Positions 38,112 through 51,541 of a stretch of DNA of 64,000 nucleotides are shown here, in pieces. The first letter of the stretch is position 1, and each line of letters starts with the position of its first letter. Both the position numbers and the translations under genes were made by a program. Source of the stretch: Octopus vulgaris (lineage: Eukaryota); assembly GCA_951406725.2 (NCBI GenBank), contig OX597832.1:37014001-37078000 (forward strand), given 5' to 3'. A model generated the notes under the pieces. It was not told the DNA's origin. It was given only the letters and a program-made list of their open reading frames with translations, and searched no databases.

Positions 38112-41100
38112 TGTTTACAATACAATTTTACTGGAAGCGGAAGTTATAATAAAGAGTGTGAAAAGAGAAAAATCCCGGACAGTGTGTTGTTTTTTTTTTC
38201 TTTCTTTATTAAACATAATGGAAGAATCTGTATATATTTGTTTCGAGCTGAGGTATTCTACATTTATTTGGCAACGAGGATTGCAAAGAACAATAAGATT
38301 GAGAAAACTTCCCACCATATTTATTTTGTCGACGACGATCTAGCATAGACATGGAGAAAATGTAGCCCTCGAGACATTCTGAATGGCATGCCAACGAAAA
38401 CTTACCCTTGATTTTTATTTTAATAGTGCGGCCTGCCTGATGATGCTCCCTGTCTCATGTGACCCACCTCTTGAAAAAAATTGTCCGTGCATGATCTAGT
38501 GACATGACAGTCCCCTCGCTTTCCTTTCTACCGCCCTACGCACAGTGATAAATAATTTAGTGACTGCAGTCGCGAAAATGGTTAAAACGTTTTGAAAATC
38601 TGTGATGTGACTAGCGAAAGCAAGAGAAAAGCTTAATCATGTTATTAAAGAGATATTTTACATCATTGATAGTTTCACAGACGAAGACATTGTACACAAT
38701 ATGAATATTGTTGATGCTCTTGATGAGTACGTCAGTACGCCACAGAAAAAATGCCACTTAGGAAGAAACATGCGAAATTCAAGATGTTAATAGAGAAATT
38801 TGGGCACAAATTTTGTAAGCTATTCTTTCACTAGTGTTAGACGTAGAGCTCTGAAAAATAAGCATTGTCCGAATGCTTACTGTCCGAATTTCTTGATGAA
38901 ACAAAAAGTACTTGAATTGGCGGATGCAAGAACTGCGGTCATGGAGTCTGCTGTTATCAATTTTCTATACAATGGAGTTGACTCCAGTTGTGACAACGGT
39001 ATCAAGAGAGGAAGGAGCGACAACTCTTCATAAGTTTCTTGTTTTATGGGGAGTAGCACGCCAGCTCTAGAGGTGATTGCAGTGGTGTTACTAGTTGCAA
39101 GTCTTCACCACAACATCGCCACAGTTGATCTTTTGGAGGGTAGTGACTCAGTTATTTGTCGTTATCGCGGTGGCCCATGGCCCCATGTCTTTTGTCCACC
39201 CAAGAAGAAAGAATCTAAAAACTGCTACAAGATTAATCATTTTACTCGTATCTATCAGTCCATCATATCCAACGTAAGGCAAATTTTTTTTTCTCACATC
39301 TCTGAGAATGAGATCCAATAAGGGATCAGCTTCGTAATAGACAATATACATACAAACACTTCAAGGACTTCTATGACTACCGCTTACATCAGCGACTCTC
39401 CAGCAACAGTCTCAGTTGATACTGGTGCCAATGTGAACATTTTAACAGAGGATTACTATGACAATACACATAACAAGCTCAAGTAGTGGGCAAATTCCGC
39501 TCAGACTAATGCTTATGGTTCTCTATAAACCTGTTGCTATTCATGGATCTTTTAAAACAAACATTGAGTACAAGCATAAACATACGCAATGGGCTTCTAT
39601 GTAAACGTCGAAAACCTGAGAGATGACTTTTCAAGCATCGAACGTTGTTGATTTTTGCCTTTTCATCCTCTGTGTGCTCTATATGTTAAAAGTGAAGCTG
39701 CTTATTGATTTATCTGTTTCTCCTGTAACACAGGGATATCGGTGTATACTGTTCCATGTACGCAGAAATTGTCATTGAAAAAAAAGTTGTGCGATGATGG
39801 TTCCCAAGAAAACAAGCGAAATTAGAATTTGTCTCAACATGCGAAAAGCGAATGAGTCCATCCATCGGAAGAAATATCTCATGCCGACCGTCGATGGCTT
39901 CGTTGCCAGCCTCAACTCCTGTACAATTTTCAACAAGTTAGATCTATAAAATGCGTGCCATCAGCTCGAGCTGGGAGAAGCAGGTCGATACTTAAGCACG
40001 TTTACACACACAAAGGGATGTATCGGTACCGAAGATTGCTCTTTTGCGACAACTTAGCATCCGAGATCTTTGAGAAAGCATTCAAAGCAATCACAGATTT
40101 CACCGATAAGAATGTTTCCGATGACATCATAATCCACGATAGGAGTCAAGCTACATATGATGCAAACTTAAAACAACACCGAAACGTCTCCAAGATTCTG
40201 GAACCAAGTCGAAGAAAAAATTTTTTAAATGTCCGTTACATGTCAAAGAGCTTATCTTGTTTTGTCATGTTTTCAGGAGATTGGGATCTCACCGATCCTC
40301 AAAAGATTCAAACCATCTTTAGCAGCATCCTACCAAAATCTGTTTGAGAATTGCGTTTGTTTGGGAGTTGTAGCTCAGTGTTTTTCCTGATTGAAACCCC
40401 ACTATGCAAGTACCAGCGAGCACCTTCGACTTTTTACAAGGCATCTCTCCCTGGAAATGGATCGAGATCGAGTAGCTGGCTGTCGATAAATTTCAAGAAA
40501 TACTGACAGGAACTTTCCACGAAAGTTAGTACAGTGTTTGCTCAAGAATGCAGGGTTTCTAGTTACACAAGCCGTGCACTCATGTTGATGGAACAGCACT
40601 AATCCAAAACCGAAAGAGAAATACTAGCTTTATCCGTTTAGGTCAAAGTTTCACCACCCAACAGAAAAATTTCTCTTAGGTCTCGTCAAAATCCCAAACC
40701 CAATCACGACTCACATAGGTGAAACTGGGGACTTCATGCCGTATGAGTACACCAATAGAAAAGATGATAAAATCCGACAGACTTTCTCAGTCGACACAGT
40801 CACCTTCAGACTGAAGCATACATTCACTATGTACTGAAGAATGCAGTTCTCGAATCATTGACTGCAAACAGTTAGAGCGGCTACACAATGGAACTTTCAT
40901 TTACAAAAGCTCATATTTGCGATTGATTCTTGCAAGTGGCAAGAACCAAATCTCTCCAATTTTGCTACATTCAAGCATCAGCTATCCATTTCAGGTGGCA
41001 TCGTTCTTCGTGACCATTGTTTTGGTGATTCCAGTGTCGCAGTAAAAGTGAATCATCGACATCGTGCACCATGCATATCAAGGAATTGTACAGCCAAAAT

Positions 41101-41340
41101 AGCTGGTAGGGAAAAGATTTGTATTCTGGCTATTGATAAGATGGTGGAAGAGGCTGTCAAGCTCTCAGGAGCAGATGATCCAACAAACACATTGACTAAT
41201 GAACCGCTGACAACAACGTCACTTGAACAAATCCATTGAACTGCACCCATTCCTAGAACCACAACACTGCAGTCAAGATCACCTCAGCCAGGTATTTATG
41301 GCGAAATACAAGAATGCTACAAAAACTCAATGACTAAGTG
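38112..41340 (+). mobile_element. Highly decayed Ty3/Gypsy LTR retrotransposon
   Basis: PBS-like TGGCAACGAGGA (38269-38280) after ...CTACA; protease VDTGANVNIL (about 39415); RT VPKK..EIRIC..MRKANE..KLDL, THKGMYRYRRL, NVSDDIII; integrase-proximal remnants at about 41.0-41.2 kb; many stops and frameshifts. Confidence 0.85.
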
Positions 41341-41414
41341 TTTAAAAAAAAGAAAAGAAAACAAAAAAAATCCTGTATAACTTTTCAGTTTAATATTAAT
41401 ATTCAAGCAGTACT

Positions 41415-41560
41415 TACGTTCTGAGTTCAAATTCCACCGAGGTCGACTTTGCTTTTCATCCTTTCGGGATCGATAATATAAGTACCAGTTGAGTACTGGG
41501 GTCGATGTAATCGACTTACCCCTCCCCGAATATGTTGGCTTTGTGCCAAATTTTTGAAAC
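41415..41560 (+). mobile_element. SINE family A, headless
   Basis: TACGTTCTGAGTTCAAATTCCACCGAGGTCGACTTTGC. Confidence 0.85.
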
Positions 41561-43365
41561 TAATTTTCAAGCAGTACTCATAAAATCCTCCTTTTCAGTT
41601 AATCTGATTTAAAAAACCTAAAAGCAAAGATCGATAAAATCACATATTCCTCTGAAGAAAATAAAAATTGTAATTTTAATTTAGGCAGTAGGAAGTAAAA
41701 TTTAAAAAAAAGGATTTTTCATGTTAGAAGGGCAGTAGTGTATTGGTTACAAGTATACCGGAAACGGAAGTGGTAAAAAAAAGGGTCGGAAAAAAAGCAA
41801 AAAAACAATGACAGCTAGGCAGAAATAAAAAATGTCTTTTATGGTGACATGGTAGGTCGTGATCCTGAGCTGGGAAAATGCGAGAGAAATGGTTCAAAAC
41901 TTATCAGGGTCCTTTCGCAGAGAGTTTCATACAACACAAACAAACCGAGAGCATATTTACATGTAGTGAAAGAGAAATTAGCTGTTAAAACAACAAAAGC
42001 AAATAAATTACATTACAGAAGCCATAAGAGCAAAAAGTTCACAATATATACAAAGTTCTTTTGAACTTTGAATATTGTATATAGCCCAATATATACATAA
42101 ATTTCTATAGTACAGAATTATAGTGTTTTATATGTGTTCATACTTGGCAGGTCAATGCACCCTTCTGCCAATTATAGTTGTAATGTCTTTTTTCGGAACA
42201 ATGTGTATGAAAGTGAGTGTGTATGTATAAGTGAATTTAATGTGTGTGATGATGTGTTTGCGTTGGCTGAATTTGCATCAATGTAAGCTTGTTTAACTCC
42301 ATTGATGCTAACTTTCTCTTTTTTTTTTATCATGGGCATCGATAACAAAATACTCCGGATATGTCTGTACAAAACGATAAGGTCCGGTATATTACAAGAC
42401 ACAAACAAAAACAGGAGACCACGTAGCAATTTCAATGGGAACATAAGTCTTTACTGTCAGCTACCTGGGCAGTAATTCTTTTAACTTGGCTTCAAATTTT
42501 GGCACAAGACCAGCAATTTCGATTACATCAACCCTAGAGCTCAACTGGTACTTATTTTATCAACTCCGAAAGGATGAAAGGCAAGCTTGACGGGGGAGGC
42601 GCGTTTGAGGCATACATATGATATGTCCCGACCAGCAGTGGCCTGCGGTACTGAACATCAGACATACAGTCACACAGGCCCTTCCCTGGTCGATGGAATT
42701 CTATCAATCAAAGACAGGTATATATGACTATAATTTCCATATATTAACCAAGGATTCTTTCAATTGCTCCTTTGGGGACATACTGAAAACCCCTTCACCT
42801 TTTGATATCACTTTTCTCGCTGCCCTTTCTTCGATAGGATCGTCATATACAGAAGCAGGTTTCTTGAGATGCGTGCCCTACATTCTTTTCTGATGGTGAT
42901 CCGTCTTCCATATTATTAATTCGCAGACAACATTCAAACAAAGATTGGCTGCTGTTCTTGTTGTTGTCGTCATCATTGTCCGTTGCCGCTTGTGAAATTT
43001 CCATTTGTTTTCTCTGTGTAACGCAAATATGTCTTCGCTTGTTTAAATGTCACCATTTGTTTCTTTCTCTTTGTTAAATTTTTGCTTTTCAAAATTCATT
43101 ACAAATTGCTCAAAGATCTGTTGAAAATTCTTAGGGGTATATCCACCAGACGAAGAAGAATGAAACAGCTGGCTGTAAAAATCGACAAATATTTAGAAAA
43201 TAAAGCAAAATGTCCAGCCTCAAACTTTATATTTTTACTCCAAGGTAAAAAGAGAGGACACTCAAACGTTCTAAAACTTAATAATCCGAGGGCTGATTCT
43301 TTTTATTAAGTGCAGACACGGTTATGTTACTCTTCTACAGAGCTATGTCTAAAAAGGTCTACTCA

Positions 43366-43415
<50 letters not shown>

Positions 43416-43469
43416 CCACAACAAAAGGTTTCCGTTGTTTCCTTGTCACCTATTCCACGGACTCAGGCT

Positions 43470-43797
43470 ACAACAAGAAAAAGAAGAGGTGAAACTTCAG
43501 AGTGCCTCACCAGTTCACCCTTTAAAGACCCTCTCTCAGCTAAAGCCACGAAAACAAAAATCAGCAACTAAACCAACAGCAAGGAGAAACGCTCGCAAAC
43601 CCCAAACCCCTGGAAGTGTGCTGAAGACACCAAAAACAACAGAGTCCCATTGCATTTTCTGTGACGGACTTTATGAAGAACCCCCGACAGAAAATTGGAT
43701 TGAATGCCAGCTGTGCAGGGGATGGTGAGAACATGAAAAGTGTGCTGGGGTTGAAACTGATGACGTTACGTTCATTTGTGGACTTTGTGTTCTCTAA
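43470..43797 (+). pseudogene. PHD-finger coding remnant, probably the C-terminus of a pogo/Tigger-like DDE transposase
   Basis: Basic linker then CIFCDGLYEEPPTENWIECQLCRGW*EHEKCAGVETDDVTFICGLC (C4HC3) with an in-frame stop. Confidence 0.7.
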
Positions 43798-43832
43798 TCA
43801 GCTACCATGCTGACCAGTCACATTGAGTACTA

Positions 43833-44335
43833 TTTCTGTGTTTTTAGAATATTCTCAACTCTCTCATGGGATATGCTAATAGCATGGGCGATTGGATTTA
43901 TAGTCATTCGCTTGCCATCCATGACCATGTAGTGGACACGGTCAATATTTTCCTCAGTGGTGGCAGTTGAAGAACAAACAGACCTTGGGTCATCCTCAAA
44001 ACTCTTCCTTCCTCTCCTAAATTCTGCTCCAAACTTTTGCACTGTTGATAAAGCTGGAGCGTCATCCCCTAATGTAGCAACCGTGTCAGCATGAATGTCT
44101 TTGGGGGCCAAACCGTTTTTCTGCAGGTACTTGACAACACTATGGTGCTAAAATTTCCACAGAAGTTGTTACTAATTACTTCTGGAGTCTTCTTTTGAAC
44201 AGTCGGATGTGAGTTTATCTGGAAAGAAACAATGCAGTTATTAAATAAGACGAGTTGAAATTAACGCATACAAGGTTTTACAGCTCTGGCATCAATCCGT
44301 CTTAGTCAACCTATGAACTTTCCAGTCCACCCTCG
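43833..44335 (-). mobile_element. mariner element 5' fragment (TIR plus transposase HTH region)
   Basis: TA-CGAGGGTGGACTGGAAAGTTC TIR on minus strand; PKDIHAD...LGDDAPALSTVQK..AEFRRGRKSFEDDPRS...TEENIDRV. Confidence 0.9.
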
Positions 44336-44754
44336 TAACTATTGCTTCTATCATTAGCCGTCCATATTTGTAGGGAATTCTGAGAAGGATAGATGTACTA
44401 TTTATTAATCCATTCCTATCTAGTTTTGTTTTGTGCTGTTTGTGTAGGACATTGCAATTAATTATTCCTGGTTGCAAATGCATGGTGAGTTGACGGTAGG
44501 ATGTCGAACTTTTATGGTTAATATAGCAGTTGGAATCGTGAAGTTTACTATTTCACGTCTGCAATCGAGTTTATAAATCACATCGGTCGTCAACAACTTG
44601 TTCGCAGATGTGCTTGTAGGTAGTTATCGATTAGAAGATTTTTAATGTTAGTGTTATTTTTTTTTTTTGCGGTTTATCATTAATGTTAGTTTATGGTCTG
44701 TTGCAGTTTAAGACTTAATGTATTTTTACCTTCTTTTCCCCTTTTTTTTTGAGG

Positions 44755-45040
44755 TTTTGATGATACATTTATCAACTCCATAGTTAACATGTATTGCATT
44801 CATGTAATACACTTTATGTGCGGTTTGTGTATTGTTCGTAGAGTGTTTCATATACCTATTGCATTGTATTCGTGTCTCTATTGTTCTATCACTTTCTCTA
44901 TAAGATTTATTACAATACACGTTATTGATTAATGTTTGATTTACTCTGTAGATTTGATTATCTGCTGCTTCATCTGTGGAGGAGAATCTAAACGCTTTTC
45001 CAAGCAGAGATATCACCACAGACATTTTGTATCAGTGTAA
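44755..45040 (-). mobile_element. Penelope-like GIY-YIG endonuclease remnant (copy 1)
   Basis: QIYRVN...CNKSYRESDRTIETRIQCNRY resembles VY.I.C..C.K.YIGET.R.L..R..EH. Confidence 0.55.
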
Positions 45041-45238
45041 ATTTTCACTGTTTCCCATTTATTTGTATTCTTGGTGTAAACGGACGAAGTGTATTTGTTA
45101 CTTTATACTTATATATCTTATATGTCTAGAAACGTTGTCATTGTATTGCCAGGAATGTTATTTCTACTGTCCTGGAAATGGAATCAAGCCAGACTTTGGC
45201 ACCTGGGAGTGCCTCAGAATATTTTGGATGGGCACTAA

Positions 45239-45637
45239 TCTTTATATATAAAGCTGAAGTTGTCTGTGTGTGTGTGACATGGTTGGTAGCCTTCAACTAA
45301 CACTGTCTCCTCTGCGACCCTGCGGCGCAAGTTGACCAAAATTGAGAGTATGATAGAGGAAGGCTTGTTCTTCATTCCGTAGAAGAAAAAATTCAAATCG
45401 GATCATGTTAAGACCAAAAATTATTTACGTCAAAAAGGTGCTTTTTTTCTCTGAAAATCCCTATTTTTTACGATTTTTTGACTGCTGTGTCGCCATTTTT
45501 CGGTGTATTTCAACCAGAAAAATGTTCACTTAAAGAGAATAACAAGCTACATTATGCAAAATCTTTACTTTCCAAAAATTCCATTCTAAATGGTCGAAAA
45601 GAAAACAAAGCTGAGCAACGCCGGGCTATGCTGCTAG
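45239..45637 (+). mobile_element. Non-autonomous Helitron
   Basis: 5' TC(TTTATATATAAAG) and 3' GAGCAACGCCGGGC...CTAG; inserted between A and T with no TSD; empty site at 1460-1486 (minus). Confidence 0.93.
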
Positions 45638-45723
45638 TTTGTAATAATGTTAAAGGGGTGTTTCGAAATAAGTGTATCACGGTAAATCTGAGGGTGCAGT
45701 ATTGAATAGTGAGCGGCGGATAT

Positions 45724-45953
45724 GGCGGCGAGCCGGTAGAAACGTTAGCACACAGGGCGAAATGCTTAGTGGTATTTCGTCTGCGGTTACGTTCTGTGTT
45801 CAAATTTCGCCGAGGTCGACTTTGCCTTTCATCCTTTCGGGGTCGATAAATTAAGTACTAGTTACGCACTGGGGTCGATATAATCGACTTAATCTGTTTG
45901 TCTGTCATTGTTTGTCCTCTCTTTGTTTAGCCCCTTGTGGGTAGTAAAGAAAT
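45724..45953 (+). mobile_element. SINE family A
   Basis: GGCGGCGAGCCGGTAGAAACGTTAGC...GGGTAGTAAAGAAATA. Confidence 0.9.
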
Positions 45954-46147
45954 AGGATATGAATTGGATCTTAATATGAAGTTGTTTTCTGAGCCTTAAA
46001 TTTTCCAGTATCTTTTGGCGTATCCATTATGAAAAGTATATAATCCTGGTGCTAAGTCTGGCGAATAGGACGGGTGCTGAAGCGATACCATGTTGTTTTT
46101 GGCATGTATGAACGCCATACATGCTCCTTCCTGCAAAGACAACAATC

Positions 46148-47140
46148 ATCTGTGGTCTGCTTGTGAAGACTGTGATTGCAGTGGAAACTCTGTGATTGGT
46201 AAGGAAGCTTGTGGCCATTGTGGAAGTCTTCAGCCGGTTTAAAAGCCTATGGCCGCTGTGGGAATCTGTGTCCATTGTGAAATATTATGTTTGCTATTGA
46301 AGTCTTGGGTCTGTAATCTGTAATTGCTGTGAGAGTCTGGTCGTTATGGATTCTGTAGTCATTGTGGATGGTCAGTGTGGAAGATTGCGGTCATTGTGGG
46401 AGCCTTTAGTCACAGTAGAAACCTGTAGAAAGCTGTGGCAGCCATGGAACTCTGTGGTCAATATGGAAGATAATGGTCATTGTAGAAATCTGTGATGGCT
46501 GTGGAAGCCTGTGGTAATTGCAATAGTTCACGGTCACTGTGGAAGACGGTGATTCTCGCTATGAATGTCTAGGGTCAATCTGGGTGGCTTTGGTCATTTT
46601 GGAAGGTTGTGGTCATTGTGAAAGTCCATGGTGGCTGTAGAAGTCTGTGGTCGTTGTTGACGTCTTTGATCACTGTGGAAATCTGTGATCAAAGCAGAAA
46701 TCTGTAGTTGCTGTAGAAAACTGTGGCCCATGTGGAAACCTGTCGCTGTGGAAAACAATGGTTACTGTGGAAAACAATGGTTACTGTGGAAATCTGGGAT
46801 AGCTGTGCAATGCTGTGGTCGATGTGGAAGTCCGTGGTAGCTGTAAAAGTTCGTGGTTACTTTGTAACATGGTGGTCACTGTAAAAGTCTGCGGTCACTG
46901 TGAATATCTGTTGTCGCTGTGGAAGATTCTACTCATTATGAAAGACTGTGGTTGTTGGTTATGGAAGATGTTGGTCACTATGGAAAACTGTGGAAGTCTG
47001 TGGTCAATACGAAAATCTAAGGTCGCTGTGCAATTATGTGGTCACTGTGGTTGACACCGACCACTGTAGAGTTCTAGGGCCGCTGCGGAAGTCTCTGGTC
47101 ACTAAGAAAGCCAATGGCCTCTGTGAGATTCTGCTGATTG
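46148..47140. repeat. Degenerate minisatellite, unit about 19 bp (approx. GTGGTCACTGTGGAAGTCT)
   Basis: GGTCA(C/T)TGTGGAA recurs at about 19-bp spacing for about 1 kb. Confidence 0.85.
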
Positions 47141-47275
47141 TTTAACCCACATAAATAACATTTATTCCGGTAGAGTATGGTACATGTTGTTGATGATGAT
47201 GATGATGTGTAGGTCCCCTTGTGGGTAGTAAAGAAATAGGTATGATACAAATACCTTCATACATAGTCACAAACA

Positions 47276-47289
47276 TGTATGTATGTACG

Positions 47290-47323
<34 letters not shown>

Positions 47324-48107
47324 TGTATGTATGTATGTATGTATGTATGTATGTATGTATGTATGTATGTATGTATGTATGTATGTATGTATGTATGTAT
47401 GTATGTATGTATGTATGTATGTATGTATGTATGTATGTGTGTGTGTATGTATGTATGTATATATATATGTATGTATATGTATGTATGTGTGTGTGTATGT
47501 ATGTATGTATGTATGTATGTATGTATGTATGTATGTATGTATGTATGTACGTACGTACGTACGTACGTATGTATGTATGTATGTATGTATTGTATGTAAG
47601 TATGTATTGTATGTATGTATGTATGTATGTATGTGTGTATGTATGCATGTATGTATGTATGTATGTATGTATGTATGTATGTATGTATGTATGTATGTAT
47701 GTATGTATGTATGTATGTATGTATGTATGTATGTATGTATGTATGTATGTATGTATGTGTGTATGTATGTATGTATGTATGTATGTACGTACGTACGTAC
47801 GTACGTACGTACGTATGTATGTATGTATGTATGTATTGTATGTAAGTATGTATTGTATGTATGTATGTATGTATGTATGTATGTATGTGTGTATGTATGT
47901 ATGTATGTATGTATGTGTGTATGTATGTATGTGTGTTTGTATGTATGTGTGTATGTATGTATGTATGTATGTATGTATGTATGTATGTATGTATGTATGT
48001 ATGTATGTATATATGTATGTATGTATATATGTATGTATGTAAGTATGTATGTATGTAAGTATGTATATATGTATGCATGTATGTATGTACGTACGTGTGT
48101 GTGTGTA
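47276..48107. repeat. (TATG)n microsatellite, about 830 bp
   Basis: Direct reading; variant block (TACG)n...TTGTATGTAAGTATGTATTG occurs twice. Confidence 0.98.
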
Positions 48108-48351
48108 TGAGAAACGTTAGATACTTTCCCTTCCCACATAATTTCTCAATCAATTAACCTCATCTCCACAGATGAAACAACTTTTAAAACCTGGCATATT
48201 AAAAAATATTTCATCTGTAAAAGTGGAGATGTCTGAAAAAATGAAAAAAATCTATTAACAATAGATAATGTAAGTGATTTCATATAATATACACTTGCAC
48301 CTATATGTATATTAACAGAGTTATGTGATATTCCTACCTATCTACAGCCTT

Positions 48352-48810
<459 letters not shown>

Positions 48811-49089
48811 CCATATTTCAGCAATATATATATATTCATCTATAGAAATACTCGTTATTAACTGCCTACCCAAGTCCTTACACAATCCGATCGATATTAA
48901 CCTCTAATTTATTGTGGAACCAATTTCATTTTGTAATCAAAGAGGACACTGACATGACTCGAGCTAATCGCTCACCGGTTGCTGGGTTACACAACCTTAT
49001 TCAAGAGAGTCTCTGTTTCTGGGTCTCCGAAATTATGAATAAATATTTGTCGGATCCGTTTGTCCGTCTGCCCGTCTGTCCGTCCGTCC

Positions 49090-49124
<35 letters not shown>

Positions 49125-49729
49125 CACCTCCCCCATCTCTCCCTACCTCCCTACCTACCTACCTACCTCTCTCTTTCACTCTCTCTTTCTCTCTATCTGA
49201 TTGTCTGTCGCTCTCTCTCTCTCTCTTTCTTTCTCTGTCTGTCTCTCTCTGTCTTTCACTTTCCCTCTCGGTGCAATCTGTCCACCTACAATAAGAGCAA
49301 CGATGGCGGCCATTGCAGCGGTGGAAAGTGCATCAAGGAAAGAAAAATTCTTGAAACACTCGAACGAAAACACAAGGGGAATAAAGTAAAGAGACGAATA
49401 AATGTTGTGAGAAAAGAACTGAATTAAAAATGAACAGAAGCAGTTAAAGAAAACGATGTGGGGATAGGAGAGCAGTTTGGACAAAACAGGTTATTTCAAA
49501 ATAACCAGAAGAGATAGTTTGAGAACATTCTTGAGAGTAGGAAGACGTAAATATGAAGGATCTGATGCAGAGGAAGGCAGAAGGTTTTGAGGTGATTTGT
49601 AGTATGAGAAAGATAATCCCAACAAGGAGATGGAGACGGATAAAAGATGATAAGCTAAGAAGAATAAAAGATCAGAAGACGAGCTTCTGAAGTACCTAAA
49701 TGGAAGTTACTCGTGCTAGACAAGGGTAA

Positions 49730-50015
49730 AGACCCACTTCGGTCATGAATGACCACGGGATTGTACCTCGAAAGTTACCTCCCGAGACACAAGTCCGGGC
49801 AAGGTTGCTTATAGAAGACCAGCTGTCGCCCATGCATACCAGCCTCCTCTTCTCTCCATGCCACCGATATTATTCAAGGGAAAGGCAAATGCCAATAGAG
49901 TTTGGCACCAGTGATGTCGCAATTCATTTCTACAGCTGAGTGGACTGGAGCAACATGAAGTAAAGTGTCTTGCTCAAGAACACAACATACAACTCGGTCT
50001 GGAAATCGAACTCAA
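49730..50015 (-). mobile_element. SINE family C variant, head truncated
   Basis: Reverse complement of the 11797-12128 body (GTCATGAATGACCA...GAGACACAAGTCCGG...CTACAGCTGAGTGGACTGGAGCAAC). Confidence 0.85.
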
Positions 50016-50051
50016 CCAAACAAGTGTTGATTAAGTTATTAGATATCGTAA

Positions 50052-50261
50052 CCCTTTAGCATTTAAACCTGCCATATCCAGCCAAAATATTTTCCCTATT
50101 TTATGTTCAAAATGGTCAGATTCAACCTTTCACACCTTTCCTACAATGTCATTCAAAAAATAAACAACCACATCATCAAAATCTCAAAGCTATGAGATGA
50201 TAAATAATTGGTTGAAAATAATTCGGATAAACATTACGTTTGACAGGGTAATGCTAAAGAG
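50052..50261. mobile_element. piggyBac-like (TTAA) MITE
   Basis: GTAA|CCCTTTAGCATT...AATGCTAAAGAG|TTAA. Confidence 0.75.
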
Positions 50262-50314
50262 TTAAACTTAGTTGACCGAGGATAATACCTCTGTTATGAT
50301 GAAAGAAAAGCAGA

Positions 50315-50490
50315 TGACCGTCGTGTCTTGCTCCGTTTCAAGTCTGAATGGGCTGCGACGTCTGGTCGTTTGGTTTTTGTGCAAGGGACACGTTTCACCG
50401 CTCAGACGGTCCATTTGCTGTCAACGCCCGCTGTTGGAAGGACTGGGTATACCGTGGCAAATGATACTCCGACATATGCAGAGATAGCGG
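50315..50490 (+). mobile_element. Tx1/L1-group LINE RT-thumb remnant
   Basis: RLVVWFLCKG...RRSICCQRPLLEGLGIPW matches the F.FLW.G...VC.Q...GGLG.P motif. Confidence 0.55.
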
Positions 50491-51478
50491 CATCTACTCC
50501 AAAATATCATCGTATTTCCCTCCACTGCTTACTATCAAGGTGAGCAGTGGCGGGAAAGTATAATAGCATCCTTGGAGAAACTCTGGGCATCGATAACAAT
50601 CAATTGACTGGTCTGATCCGGACGACTTTGAGATAATTATCCGAAATTTCTTGTCAGGCAGTGTTACTGGAGGAGGGCGCATTGCCGGTTTGAGATAAAC
50701 ACAGTTTGCACAATAATGCTGTGAGCTAGGCTTGTTCACGTTGATGAAACAGCAGAGTGACGAAACTGTTCTGCAGACACTCGCCCAGTGTCCAAGCATA
50801 GCCATTTTATGGGTTTATGTCGGACAACAGCTGCCAGATGTGAGGCAAATCATGCTGTTTGGGTTCATATCAATGCATGTGAATCATTGCTATTCTAGAC
50901 AAAAGATATGATAAAATATTGTGTCTCTTCATGTAGCTAAAGGAAATAAGCTAGGTGGTTGTTCTGGAGAGGTTAATACCTTTAGACTAGTAATTTTTTA
51001 CCTGTAGTTGTTGACAGAATCAACATATATCTACATATTCACGTTCCCTCTTGTAATATGAAACTGAGAATTTCGTTACTATGCCTTTTGTTAATTTGCA
51101 TTCTTTCTTTTAACTTCAAGCAAAACTAGCTGTAATGCACAGAAAATGGTTTGAAGCACGAAACGCAGGCTACTACATATTAAATTTAAGAATACAAAGG
51201 AATTAAAACCTTGATGTGTCAACACCGCATCTTTACAAGTTCGTTGTAGTAAGCAGAAATGTTGTTTATCTGATTATCACGATATCAAGTTGTCTCTAAG
51301 ATACGCAAAGAGTTTATAGACCAAAAGCGGAATAAAAAACAACAACAAAAAATTCAGTACGGCCTAATTCAAATAATTGTCATCATCATCATCAACTACT
51401 TCTGATTTATCTATGCCACATCTCAGCTGCATCCCGCAGCTTAGAGTCCTTTTCATTATAATTCAAATTTAATTTGCA

Positions 51479-51479
<1 letters not shown>

Positions 51480-51541
<62 letters not shown>

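Noticed and set aside
43618-43797. Host PHD-finger gene exon
   Set aside because: In-frame stop within the finger, terminal position and TE-dense context fit a transposase C-terminal remnant better.
46148-47140. CRISPR array or CxxC-repeat protein
   Set aside because: No unique spacers or cas genes, eukaryotic context, and the unit of about 19 bp breaks the reading frame.
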